NCBI GenBank assembly: GCA_951406725.2
Contig: OX597818.1
Coordinates: forward strand, 91,450,001 to 91,514,000
Source of the DNA: Octopus vulgaris
Taxonomy: Eukaryota
DNA: 64,000 nucleotides
Direction of reading: 5' to 3'
Numbering within the stretch: the stretch's first letter is position 1; every line of letters starts with the position of its first letter. The position numbers were made by a program, and so were the translations under genes. The notes below the pieces were generated by a model that had not been told where the DNA came from, did not search any database, and saw nothing but the letters and a program-made list of their open reading frames with translations. Below are positions 1-13,532 of this stretch, piece after piece.

Positions 1-409
1 TTTTCTTACTCTAGTGTTACTATTTGGCTCATACGTGCAAACGTAAGCCGTGGGTGTCGTTTGATGCCTTGGTAATGAGTAGATATTTGCGAAAGGGTAT
101 AATTGTGACGTTCAAAGGCTCCTTGTTAAGCCGCTGTCTTCTTGCTTCAGCTTTAGACTACTTCGGTTAGTATTAGTATTAAACGCTGTATATATCAATA
201 TTATAAAATATTTTGTTGTTAATCAAAAATTAATCATTCGGATTTCATCGACTATTCAGTCGTATAGCCCATGTATTAGAATAGAAAATATTATAGGCCA
301 CAAATTTATGTTCTTTTTCATTCTTGTATGACACCGGTTGTCAAGTGGTGGAGGGGCGAGCACAGATATAAAAACACACGCACACAAACACACACACACA
401 CACACGTAC

Positions 410-447
<38 letters not shown>

Positions 448-514
448 TTATACTATAAAATTAGATTTAATCCTAAATCTAATTTTTCCCTGTAAATTTG
501 GATTTACTCCCTAA

Positions 515-598
<84 letters not shown>

Positions 599-691
599 GG
601 AAAGTTTACGAAAATAAACAAAAGACGAAGGCAGGTGGAGTACAAACAAACAAATGTATTAGTATAGCGCTCAGGAATAGAAATAGAAAAA

Positions 692-733
692 GTATTTTAC
701 GTTTCGAGCCTACGCTCTTCGACAGAAAGATAC
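692..733 (-). ncRNA. Variant minimal type I hammerhead motif
   Basis: Minus strand: tatcttt-CUGUCGA-A-GAGC-guag-GCUC-GAAA-CG-UA-aaatac. Perfect stem II and ACGU palindromic stem III; core has U at position 6; stem I is short. Confidence 0.5.
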
Positions 734-1409
734 ACAGAAAAAAAACAAGGAGAGAAAAAAATGCGTGTAGGAGCTAACGATCTTTATATATATATATAGA
801 TAGATAGATGACAATATGTCGTAGCTGTGTGGTAAGACGCTAGTGTGCCAACCACATGCTACCTTGAGCAAGTGTCTTCTACTATATCCTCGGTCCGACC
901 AAAGCTTTGTGAATGGGATGAAAGAACGAAAGAAGCTCGTCGTATATATATATATATAGGAATTAGTAGAAAACACTTGCTCAAGGTAGCATGTGGTTGG
1001 CATAAAAGCATCTTACCACACAGCTACGACATCCATGCCTAGATAGCGAAGTAGGAAACAGGAAATGGATAGAGATGCTACTTGACTCCCTTATATATTT
1101 TCCTCCTATTTCAGTCAGGTAGGAATGTATCTTGACCAATGCTTACTTCTGTATCTTTTGAAGAATCTTAAAACGAGTCACAGATTCTTAACATCATTCA
1201 TATTTCTGACACATACGTCAGGTATAGTTCAGGAATATAGATCCTTTCAAGAAACTGAGGTTATATAACAAGTTTCCGGTTTTGTCGATCAAGTTCTCAC
1301 AATCAGTCTACTTGTCTTTGTCTTTTTCTCTGTTTCTCTTTCTCTCCTCGCTTTTCTCTCACTTCTTTCTTTCTCCCTCTCTTCCTTTAAGATTTTCTTT
1401 GCAAATATG

Positions 1410-1463
<54 letters not shown>

Positions 1464-2388
1464 ACTTATAAGTAATGGCTAAAGAAAATTATTTCAAAGC
1501 CAATATGCTGATTTTCCACATATAATCTACTCGCTACAGAAAAATTGAACTGAATTCGGGCAAGCTAACCGTTAGAATATTTAAATTTCGTTATCTCCAT
1601 ATTGAATCAATTTCGGATTTAATCTCATAAAAGATTTATTCGTCTTCAGTAGAGCTTACGAGAGAATATAAATAAGGTATTTACATGCGCCCATGGAAAA
1701 GGCCGAAGCAAAAAACATGAGTACATTTAAGTACCCCAGTTATATCTAAAAATAAAAATTCTTTGGTCAGCCTCAGAACAACGTGTTGACTGCTCGCCAC
1801 TACAGATTATAGTGGTTCCAAGCCTCTATAGCGAGTAGTAATAAGTCTACTACTAATATAGGATGAAGTTTTTTTTCTCTACAGAAAAGAATTCCATCAA
1901 GAAATGTGGCAGCATGTACATATATGGGCGTGTGTGTATGAGTGCATAAGGGCATGTCAGTATATGAACGTGGTTTTTATGCTTTGTATACTTCCTTATG
2001 TTTTTTTCTGTTACCTTTAACCATGGTTTTCTTGTGCTTGTGCGTATATAGACGTATGTATGAACTTTTACGGTACGCATGTGTGTGTGTACGAGTTTGT
2101 ATATATATATGCGTATATATTTGGCGAAAAATGCGAGTGAAGATGTGTACGTTTTCATAGTGACGTATAAGTACGCACGTGGACATGTGAGCGTATGACT
2201 AGACATGTTTACTATGAAATTTTAATCGTATTTTATATAAGTAGCAGAATTATAACACAGTAATTTCCCTTTATATAACGGTATTTTTCATAGCGTTTTT
2301 TCAGATGGCCAGATAACCGAAGTGATGGTGTTGTGGATTTCCACTTCGGCATCTGAAACTCAGAGTTTTATTTTGACTATTGAGTAGT

Positions 2389-2433
<45 letters not shown>

Positions 2434-4188
2434 CAAATGCTTATATGATTACCATCTTATCGACAACTTCTTTGAAATTTGCCCATGTAAAAGTTGTCTT
2501 ATCAGCGATCATACAATCACTTTCTCTAGTTTAATTATGGTAAGTTGTCCAAGACAAAGCCATGCTGCCTATAGTTTTGATATATTCTAAAGAGCTTTAG
2601 CAATCTGACTGCCTTAAAGCGCACTAGTGAGAAACGAATCGAATGCTTTCTTGCTGTACATTCGCACACTAATTCCTATCGCGTCATATCAGCTTCACTA
2701 CAATTTTATCAAGTTATTACTCTGCACATTTCCTTTCTTAGAGACTGTCCGTCCAGTTTGATGCTATTGTTATTGTCATATTGTTACTAAGGGTATAGGT
2801 TCAGATATGATATACAGTTTACGTATTAAATTTTGATGTGCATTTGGACCGTATTCCCCTCCATATTTAATTTGTTATTTTGGTATCTAACTCGTTGCTG
2901 TCAATATTAATTAGCTTCTTTTATAAATATACTTACTGAGAATTTGTTGGTGAAAGTTGACAATACATCATCGACAGATGGTCAGTTTTGCACTTACAGT
3001 CTACTATAATATCTCGTCTACTTTTTCCTAATCCGGAGATAGCAAAAATTCTGCTTTTCTATATCTCTTATATAAAATCCGTTCTGTGTGTGTGTGGCTT
3101 CTATGATCTCGGGCATCCTCCATCCGATTTCGCTCAAATTTGATGTGTAGATACCGACGGTATCAGGGCGTGTATAAGTTTTGAAAAAATTACGAAACTC
3201 CATTCCAGGTGAGAATGCGATCGATAAAGCCGTGGGAAATCGCTTTTCTTAGGAATAGAAAAAATGTCTATCTTTATTTCTTCTTTTGCTGGTGTCTCAA
3301 ATTTAGGTTAAATCAGTGTTTCTCAAAGGGGAGGCTTATGGGACTGTCGGATAAGTTGTTTTGAGGAAATTTGGTTTAAATGTTTGACAACTCAGCACTG
3401 TCCATTGGACGGGGGGTGTTTTGTTCGTAAGTTAATAACATTCTAAATGGAATTCGCAGTCCTGAACTTAAAACTCTATCATCAAAAGAGGGCTACAATA
3501 TGAATATAACAAAACCTTTGGCCAAAAATCTGTCACAAATCAAAAGACAGATGACTGAACTATCAATAAATCTACAAAGAATCCTGTTCAGAGAGATGCA
3601 GATTAATGAATTAATAGTGATTAACCAGTATGCTGCATAGCTAGCAGAAACCCAATTTAAGATTAACCTTGAATCACTCCAAAGATATACAGTATTAATG
3701 ATGATATCTATGACCTTATAATATAAATGAAATATATTATACGATTGTAATATTCGTGTACGAGTGTATGTGTCTATGTGTGTGATTGTGGGTGTGTTTT
3801 GTACTTCTGTCTGAATATTTGCGTCTGCAATTTCTTAGTGTGTGTGCCTGTCTGTGTGTGTATCTGCAAAGAAAGGTGCAATGTTTGAAGAGAGAGGAAA
3901 TGATATATTAGGTGTATGTGAAATGACCTTTATTAGATTTATTAGTTATTCACAAGGGTTGTGGTCAAATTTCTGGCATTAAAGAACATAGTGTTAGAGG
4001 TTATGTGCGGAAGATATGACACTATTGTCTTTGGTTAGTTTCTCAGCGTATTTGATAAGTGATAGTGGTATTGAAACAGACGTGGTCTCAGTAACCCCTA
4101 CCTTGTTTTACTCTCTCTCTCTCCCCCTCTCTCTCTCTCTCTAACTATCTATCTATCTATCTATCAATTTATCTATCTATCTTTCTGT

Positions 4189-4411
4189 TTCTTATTACTT
4201 TACTGCCCACAAGGGGTAAACATAGACGGGACAAACAAGGACAGAAAAAGGCATTAAGTCGATTATATCGACCCCCATTGCGTAACTGGTACTTATTTAA
4301 TCGACCCCGAAAGGATGAAAGGCAAAGTCGACCTCGGCGGAATTTGAACTCAGAACGTAACGGCAGACGAAATACGGCTACGGATTTCACCCGGCGTGCC
4401 AGCTCGCCTCC
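4189..4411 (-). mobile_element. tRNA-derived SINE, family A (octopus OR/OK-like)
   Basis: Reverse complement of the ggcgagctggca...gagttcaaattccgccgaggtcgac...ccttgtgggcagtaaa repeat seen many times in this window. Confidence 0.85.
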
Positions 4412-4640
4412 TTTTATCTATCTTCCTGTTTCTCTTTGTATATATGTGTATGTACATGTGTGCTAGTGAATGCGAAAATATGTGCATGAGTGCAGGTACA
4501 GCATTGTGAACGACTTTTGATCGTTTCTGTCTCCATGAGTGAGTGACTTTGTAATTGACAACATAATTATGCATGCAATGATTTTATGCAAATGTGTATT
4601 TGTAGGTCTGCGTGTGTATGTGTATCCGTGTGTGTGTGGA

Positions 4641-4726
<86 letters not shown>

Positions 4727-4733
4727 CATACAC

Positions 4734-4795
<62 letters not shown>

Positions 4796-5947
4796 TATCA
4801 TATTTGACGGATTTGAATAATTATTTTAATATGATATCAAAACGTTAATGGATTCTGTTGATTAGAACTAATAAAATTGCGACACTAGATAAGAACATGG
4901 GAAAATGTGCCCACAGAAATTATTTGCATAAACGGAGAAATAAACAAGCAGAAGAGGTACTATATATTCAAAAATCGTTTCGTCGTTATTTGTCCAATAC
5001 AGGCAAATATAAGAAAATTAAGTTAGAATAGTCCATATAGCTTTAAACCTTTGACTGTGTAATTAAATTTTATGATCATCCCCATGATGTTATTATCCAT
5101 GAAAAAAAAAACTGACATTTTCTGGTTCTGAAACACTTTTTCAGTGTGTCTTGTAAATAACATTTTCAAATCCAAAAAGAATTTGGTTCTCGTTCTATAA
5201 AATGATAGTTGATGAAATACTAAAAAATTTAAGGAAATCTGAAAAATAGTCTTTTATATAAAGTCTCATTTGGGGTGTCTCCGCTTCTTACAGCTTAAGA
5301 ATAGTCTTTATTTTTCCTTAGTCGTTGGGGTAAAACCGCTTTCATCAATTTAAGGGAATAAAATTTTGAACGGATACCCGTTGACTAAGGGTTAACTAAG
5401 AATATCCGCACATACAAACTCCCTCCATATATATGCACATACATAACATATATATATGTATTGTACACATATTTACGTAGATTAACTTACTGAAACATGT
5501 ACCACCTTAGCTTGTTTCAAATAAGTTTTCATATATTTTGCTTTTCATATAACTTCAAATGTTATTTTGACAGATTAATACTCAAGAGTATATGGAAAGA
5601 GAATTTCCTTGATATCTTAAGTCTCAAATCTTAATTCCACTCTTTGCCGTAAATGAAATTGTTCTGGGAAAATGTATTTGTTGTTGTTGCTGTTGTTGTT
5701 GTTGTTGTTTTTGTCGTCGTCGTCGTCGGCGACGGCCTCGTAGCTATTGTTTATCTTTGGTTTATACGTTGATTTTGTGGACGATTTAGACGTTGAAGAT
5801 TTAGTTGCAGGATTAATAGTCCCGACTTGTTCAGTCAATATCTGTATCATATTTTCATGCATATCAATTCAGAAACTTATTATCCTGCCATTATTTTTAA
5901 CATTTTTCCATAAAATCAGTCTCCTTTTCTTGTCATTTGAGAAAACA

Positions 5948-6525
5948 GGAGGTGAGCTGGCAGAAACGTTAGCACGTTGGACGAAATGCTTAGCGGTATT
6001 TCATCTACTGTTACGGTCTGAGTTCAAATTCCGCCGAAGTCGACTTTGCCTTTCATCCTTTCGGGATCGATTAAATAAGTACCATTTACGCACTGGGGTC
6101 AATATAATCGACTTAATCCGTTGTCTGTCCTTGTTCGTTCTCTTTGTGTTTAGCCCCTTGTGGGTAGTAAAGAAATAGGTAATTTGTCTGCCGCTACGTT
6201 CTGTGTTCAAATTCTGCCGAGGTCAACTCTACCTTTCATCCTTTCGGGGTCGATTAAATAAGTACCAGTTACGCACTGGGGTCGATATAATTGACTTAAT
6301 CCGTTTGCCTGTCCTTATGTGTCCCCTCTGTGTGTAGCCCGTTCTGGGCAGTAAAGAAATAGGTATTTCGCCCGTCGGTACGTTATGAGTTCAAATTCCG
6401 CCGAGACCCACTTTGTCATCAATATCGGGGTCGGTAAATTAAGTACTCGTTGCGTACTGTGACGATCTAATCGACTGGCCCCCTCCCCAAAAATGTCAGG
6501 TCTTGTGCCTCTGGCAGAAAGAATT
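5948..6525 (+). mobile_element. SINE family A, head-to-tail trimeric copy
   Basis: A-box-like head (tggcagaaacgttag) and B-box gttcaaattcc; the body restarts at about 6178 and 6362. Confidence 0.85.
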
Positions 6526-8201
6526 ATTTGAGAAAACGAAATAATTATATAAATAAATAAATAAATAAACACTTTCAAAATTACATTAATTTCTATCTGT
6601 AGAGGAGAATTCAGTCCATGTTAAGATTGATTTTTATCTAAATTAATTATTCTATAAAAACAATTATATCCTCACCATTATTATTTTTCTGTGCAAACCT
6701 AATTATATTATATTATATTGCATTATATTATATTATATTATATTATATTATATTATATTATATTATATTGTATTATATTATATTATATTATATCATATGA
6801 TCATAATGAGCAATCAAAATCTCCATTGTCCAAACATTCCACATCGACCGTCTGCAACTAAACCATTTATTTTAATCTTGGAATACTAATTCACTTTGGC
6901 TCTTCGACTTCATTGCACCTTTTTTGTTCCTCCGTGTAACCGAAAACCACATGACATTCTTTCGAAGAACTGTTCCTCTTCATTCTTTTTACTCCTAAGT
7001 GTGACAAACCGGTCTATTTTCATGTGTGGAGTATGTATACTATAGAATTACCCGATGTATCCTTTCTTTTCTATAACTTGGGGGAGAATGGTTTTCACTT
7101 TCTAGTATTTCTCTTTCTAGGCTGTGGGAAAGAACTGTCATTGTCCACTTTTTGATGCAAGTATTTTAGATGCATGACATATATGAATATAGAACCCATT
7201 GCATGGCTTATATGAATATAAGATACCAGCGTTATGAGAAAACTTACATGGATCGCATTGATTAAATAAAGATTTTATTGATTATATTCACATTTTATGT
7301 ATTGTGCATTATTGTTATCCTGTTGTTCATGAAAAAACTCACTTATTGAATATTTTTTAATAGTATCATTAATATTCATTTTATTGTTGTAGTTGTTCAT
7401 AAATGTTACGCATTTACTTCTTCATTACATCCCTTTCGAAATATAACATTAACTTTGATACACCAGTAATAAATTAGCGATATGCTTAGAATATCATAAT
7501 TATAAAATTATGTCCTGTATATATGTTTTCACTGTAGCCGTACTAAACAGATGTGGCAAGAACATTTGTTGACGAAGTTAAAACTGAAGCTCTAAGACTA
7601 AGTGATGAACTTTATTTAGTAATGATACAAGAGAGTGAGATAACGGTAGGTATAATATTATTGTTGAAAATACTGTTGAAAGCATAGTAATAATTATATT
7701 ACAGATCATAATTGCAACAATAATTGCTAATTACAAAGGTAACAAGTTAAATATGTTAAGATATGAGAACAGTCGATTATATCAATCCTACAACCTGATT
7801 ACTTCGTTAAAATACTGACCTCAAAAGGTTGATGGTCAACATCGATTTTAACTGGATGTGAACTCTAAGGGAAAATACGAGAATAAACACGCAAAACATT
7901 ACCCCACATTCTAGCGATTCGAATGAAAAGTCTACTGCTCTCATCAACATGGCAATAAGTATTAATATATATTTTAGATGCTTCTAGTACCATATATTCA
8001 ATACCCTCTGATAATATAGTCATAGGTAGCAAAATATTTTAACTCTACTCTTACAAGTATTTGATGGGTATGTGGTAACAATTTTGCTTCTCAACAACAG
8101 TGTTCCAGGTTCAGTCCTACATTAGGACACTTTCTACTAGAACCTTCGACTGACCAAAACCGGGTGTGTAGATTTGTTTCGCAGAATCTAAAAGAAGACC
8201 G

Positions 8202-8333
<132 letters not shown>

Positions 8334-10856
8334 GCATATGTGGGTTTATCTTTGATTTTTAATTCTTTCTCACCGCTGCTTGACAACAAGCGTTGGTTTG
8401 ATTCCGTCTCCGTGTATTTATTTACTAGGATAGTCTAAGATGATAGTATAGCTGTCCTTCAGTTTATCTCATACGTTACAGTGTCTAATGAAATTTGTAA
8501 GTTAGGGTATTACTTGCAAAAAAGGAAAGGCGTCTTTTCTGTTTGGTTACCAGCGGCTGCCAGCGTCAATTTTCTGTTCGAATTGACTTCATATTCAGCA
8601 TAATAATACACTTTTATAGGCTAATTAATGAGGTGAATGTAATTTTTGCTATAAATCAATAAATAAAGAGTTATTAGTAATTATAGCTTAAACATTTTGG
8701 AAATTTTAGCCAATCGTAATCCACAGACACATTCATGTTTGCTTCGATAGTAACAAGCGGACATATGGAACTCTTTTGTCTCTTGCCATAGTAACATCTA
8801 TTTACATAAAAGATAATTGCTTTCATTCCAAATCTTTCGGCTAAAAACTGTAATATGTTTATCGCATTGTAATGTGTTTATTGTGTTGTTCATCGCATTT
8901 ACATTAAATGCATATTGAATGCTTAAATGTTTGCATTTGTTTTTTAAGCATATTTAAATTGTTTGTTTAATGTTTGTTTCTTTTTGTCATTGCGCATTGA
9001 GGTGGTTGCGAGGTGTGCTAAAAATAACATCTAAATAAAATGTTTTGATAAATCTTTTAAATTCAAGTTTAGTTGCCAACATCTCGCCCAGACATTTAGA
9101 ATTAACTATTTTTCTCTTTTGAATTAATATAAACATTTATTTACAAAAAGAAAATTACGGGAGACATAACATGTGTTGTTTACAAATATTGATAACACGT
9201 GTTATTTTCGAGATGTCGACCACAAAATGTGCAGTCACGCACAAAATGAGAGCTTCCAAATCCTGTTTCCTGACTGGGTGAAAAGGATCAAATTTTAAAT
9301 CACTATAACTTTTTAAAAACATTTTTCTGGGAAAAAATGAAATAACCCCAGCAATTCGGTTTGGGCAAGAGTATTATTGTGAAAAAAAGTTTTTAATTTT
9401 TGGTGAAGTTTAATTCTTAGAGCCGCTAGCAACGAAACCGAAAATACCCATTGTCTTTATCCATTGTCAGACTTCTTTAGGAGTTTGTATGATTCAAATG
9501 CTCATCCAATTCAGAATATCCTCAGAGTTGCTATTGAGTTCAGCAAGGTCTTCACGATTTTGTTTGGCAGACCAGCAAATCGAAAACGGAAATTGAATTT
9601 CCAGGAAGGAGAAGTACTACACGAGCTATGGAACTCGACTTTCGACAAAAAATAAATATGATTGAATTATAAAATACGTTGGACACAATAACCCGACAGC
9701 TATACATCTGACTGACGTTTATTCTTCTCTTAATATCCATGTAAAAATGGCCATTGAAGAGAAAGAGACAAAGAGAGATTGAGAGATGATAGATGAAGTC
9801 AACTGAAGGACAAGGAGTAGTTAATGAGGACTGTTATGAATGTACTTTCCAACTCTCAGGTCTGAATACTCCTCCTCCTCCTTGATTCTAATCCTACTAA
9901 AATGTAGCAATGCTTTTATCACTACAGCATCAAAATATTTTCAGAGGAAATTGCAATAGATTTCCTTCACGTAAAATCAAAACCTAAATCTACATCAAAA
10001 TTCTAATTTGCTGATGTCATATAGATAAGCGTAAATCCTAGTGTCAATCCATAAATGCATGTTTTCACATAAGAGCTAAAATGGAAGACTTAGTAAAGAA
10101 GCAAACTGATATGTAGAAGAGGCACCAGAAGTAGTAACGTACACATGCAGGAACGGAATATCATCACTAAATTTATATGCGTATAGAAATAGCTAGAATG
10201 CGATGGCTGAAAGCAAGAATAATCCACATAATAATAAATATGTTTGAATTTATATAAAAAAGAATGATACTGACAAATATATATATAGTACAATTTCCAA
10301 AATTTGGAAATAAATACGAAATCAGTTTTCTCTTTTACTATAGAAAATGCCAGTCCATGTTACAGAGATTATTTTCAAAACAATTAAAAGCAGGACGGAA
10401 TACATCTATGAATGTAACTAAAGCACATACTAAACCAAATTTAATGATATGATTTTTTTTTACATAGAAACAATAAGGACATTTTAAGCGGAGGTTACAG
10501 TAATTTGCATCAGACACAAGATTAAAAAGAAATTTGATCTCGATCGAGTTGAGCGCTAAGAGCCAGAAAAAAATTATATGAGTAAACAGTTGCATAATCA
10601 AGTATCTGCATACCCGGAGAACTACGTTGCATGGGAACAATTGTAGTGATTAAAAAAGAAAATAATAACCGTACTCCTTCTTGTTGACTCCAATTTTTTG
10701 CATTATCTATCCACACAAGACGGATGCCCAAACGCAAGCGTGGAAGTACGTATATTACTACAACTGGATAGCACAGGATGGATTTATACCGTATTCTACT
10801 ACGTTCTTAACAGAATATACCGTAACTATATACACCCACACACACACATACACACT

Positions 10857-10890
<34 letters not shown>

Positions 10891-11087
10891 GATATATATA
10901 TATAAATATATATACTTTATAATTAGGGTTTAGCAAAGATTTGATTCACCACATACCGAAGTTTAGAAATAGCAGTCAAAAAACCTTAGCTATTTCTTCT
11001 ACTTTAAAAATGACTCCCAGAAAAACCAAAGTACTTGAAAACAATCTACGCAGGCAAAGAGGAAAAATAACGAAAATCAATCGATAT

Positions 11088-11187
11088 TTGGTTACCCACG
11101 TACGCGCGTTTCGGAATTAGATCGGTATAAAGAATATAGAATCATACTTTACCCAACCATTTTGGACTCATCAGCGTGGGATTCCAA
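11088..11187 (-). ncRNA. Type I hammerhead ribozyme, intact core, PLE/retrozyme style
   Basis: Minus strand: ttggaat-CCCACG-CUGAUGA-G...C-GAAA-CGCGCG-UA-CGUGGG-taaccaa. Perfect 6-bp stem I plus a distal 4 bp, complete core, palindromic minimal stem III, GUA cleavage triplet. Confidence 0.8.
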
Positions 11188-11744
11188 CAATATTAAATAT
11201 TAAATATTAATTTCGAAGGCACTGGAATATATCTCTCCACCTAACGGTATCAGACAGATCATATTTAGTGCTAGTGCCGCCAAATTCAAAATACGAATGA
11301 GAGTTCATCACCTTCCCCTGCCCATTAGCATGTGTCGCCAAGTAAGATGCTACACAGAAAATTCCATTATCAATAATATATATGTATATACACACACACA
11401 CACATACACTAGACACATTGGATACTATTAACATATTGTTTACGTCTTCTGAGATTGCTTGTTATAACGTTGGTTATCCCCCTTGTGTTTTTCGTTTGTC
11501 TTCTACTTTATTAGTGTCCCCTTTTTAAACGGCATCTGCTTAAAAAAGCAACGGACAATCGATCTTTTTGTCAGCTTCAATAATGGGGAAATAAACTTAT
11601 GCACCGAACAGGAACATCTTTCTAGCTGATTTTAACAAGAATTAAGGTTTATATTATAATATTACGATATTCACTCGTATAGTTACTCTCTTAGCTGATC
11701 AATATGTACTATTTTACTTTTTTTAAGTTTCACCATTTAATATA

Positions 11745-11875
11745 CAGGGTGTCCCCCAAAAATGTATACACATAGTGGTTCGGCAAAAGAGAACGATAGA
11801 ATAAGTACTAGGCTTACAAAGAATAACAAATTTACAATTATTTAAGGTGTGTATACATTTTTTTGGGACACCCTG
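11745..11875. mobile_element. Tc1/mariner-type MITE with SINE-derived interior
   Basis: TA-CAGGGTGTCCC...AAAATGTATACAC / GTGTATACATTTT...GGGACACCCTG-TA terminal inverted repeats. Confidence 0.75.
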
Positions 11876-11893
11876 TATATATATATATGTGTG

Positions 11894-11895
<2 letters not shown>

Positions 11896-11968
<73 letters not shown>

Positions 11969-11970
11969 CA

Positions 11971-12064
<94 letters not shown>
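11896..12064 (+). repeat. (TTA)n microsatellite
   Basis: About 55 units; source of the poly-I/Y/L pseudo-ORFs. Confidence 0.95.
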
Positions 12065-12065
<1 letters not shown>

Positions 12066-13474
12066 TGTGTGTATATTTGTGTATTAAAAGTGAAGTAACT
12101 TCGTGCCGCCTGTATCTGTCTTACAATTCCATTTCGCAAATTATATATGAAGAAAAACCATCGTGACTACATTTATACGAAAACAAAAACACTTATATAC
12201 ATCATTCACGATGAAAGTTTTTAATGAAATTATGCCTTTTTAATACATTTTAGTAAAAAGAATGTTGTACTGATTTTCCACTGTCCAGCGAAATCCAAAT
12301 GTCATTCAAACAATTCACTTGCTTCCTTGTTAACTGTAATGTCTCTGAAGAATTTTCTCCTTATTCCTTTCCATTATTTTTCGCAGTATCGAGGTTGAAA
12401 TTGTCGGGAATAGTCTCCGTGCAGGGATTTCCATGAAAGAGATCTGTGAAAAACAATGTTAGACAACAATGTATACATGTGTTCGTAAGTAGGTATGTAA
12501 TATAGTATGTATGTATATACATATATCTTATTACTGTCACCGCAATCAATATGGATATATATACATATATATATATATATAATTATACACATAATTATAA
12601 TCAGGGGTCAGCTAAGTGACTCGCCACGTACTGAATTAGAAATAGACGCTAACAGAAGCGTTGTGAGTTCAATTCCAGGACTGGGCTGTGTGTTGTGTTC
12701 TTGAGCAAGAAACTTCATTTCACGTTGCTCCACTTAACTCAGCTGTAAAAATGAGTTGCGACATCACTGGTGCCAAGCCTTCTTTCTTACAATAGAGCAA
12801 CATTGTTTAAAATATTTAAGTATAGTTCCACATGATAAGACTTCCCTTGTTTCATTATCAATGGTCTGCTAGTGGGCGTTCTCCTTAATTTTCAGCTAAC
12901 ATCATCTTGTTTTAAGCTTTCCTTTACCAAACCTCATGATTTTGCTTCTAATAAATCTTGATTTTTATGACTATACCAACTATGATGTCTTTCTGCTCAC
13001 TCAGCCCAACCCCTAACAGATACTGCCCTCTGTTCTCTCAGCCTTAGATATACAAGGGATTTGATAAACTAGTCTGACCCCATAAAAAAAACAAAAAAAA
13101 TCAATGACAGGCAGATTCTGGAACAATGTATATCTTGAAAATTCAGTAACTTCTAAACTGGAGTGAGGCAGCATGTTCTTTGTCTATCACCTTAACGTCT
13201 TGGAGATTTTAGGTATAATTATACTAATGTGTCCATCTGTTCTAATTTAATTAAATTCTATGTCTTTTTGCAGCTGAAGATTGCTCTGCATTTTAAATTG
13301 ATGTAATGATTGCATTGTTCAATTAAATGGAGTTGCATGAAACGATCGTACAGCATTAACTCTTGATATCGCTGTTGCCTATTTTGATTTTAATTACCTT
13401 ACTGTGAAATTGTATGGTTAATAACGTACTAAATTATGGTGCCTTAACTTAAGTATCATGTTCATCTGAATCTA

Positions 13475-13529
<55 letters not shown>

Positions 13530-13532
<3 letters not shown>

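Noticed and set aside
457-486. 13-bp perfect AT-rich hairpin
   Set aside because: Short and low in complexity, among microsatellites, with no functional support.
1605-1655. CUGAAGA...GAAA on the minus strand as a hammerhead
   Set aside because: No closing pair for stem II and stems I/III do not form.
5617-5862. 81-aa Ser/Thr/Asp/Asn-rich minus-strand ORF as a possible terminal exon
   Set aside because: No recognisable homology, weak acceptor, and partly trinucleotide repeat.
5948-6525. Regularly spaced repeats resembling a CRISPR array
   Set aside because: Eukaryotic SINE multimer; units are long and there are no unique spacers.
7551-7645. Possible plus-strand exon (VARTFVDEVKTEALRLSDELYLVMIQESEIT)
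   Set aside because: Poor acceptor, no partner exons and no recognisable family.
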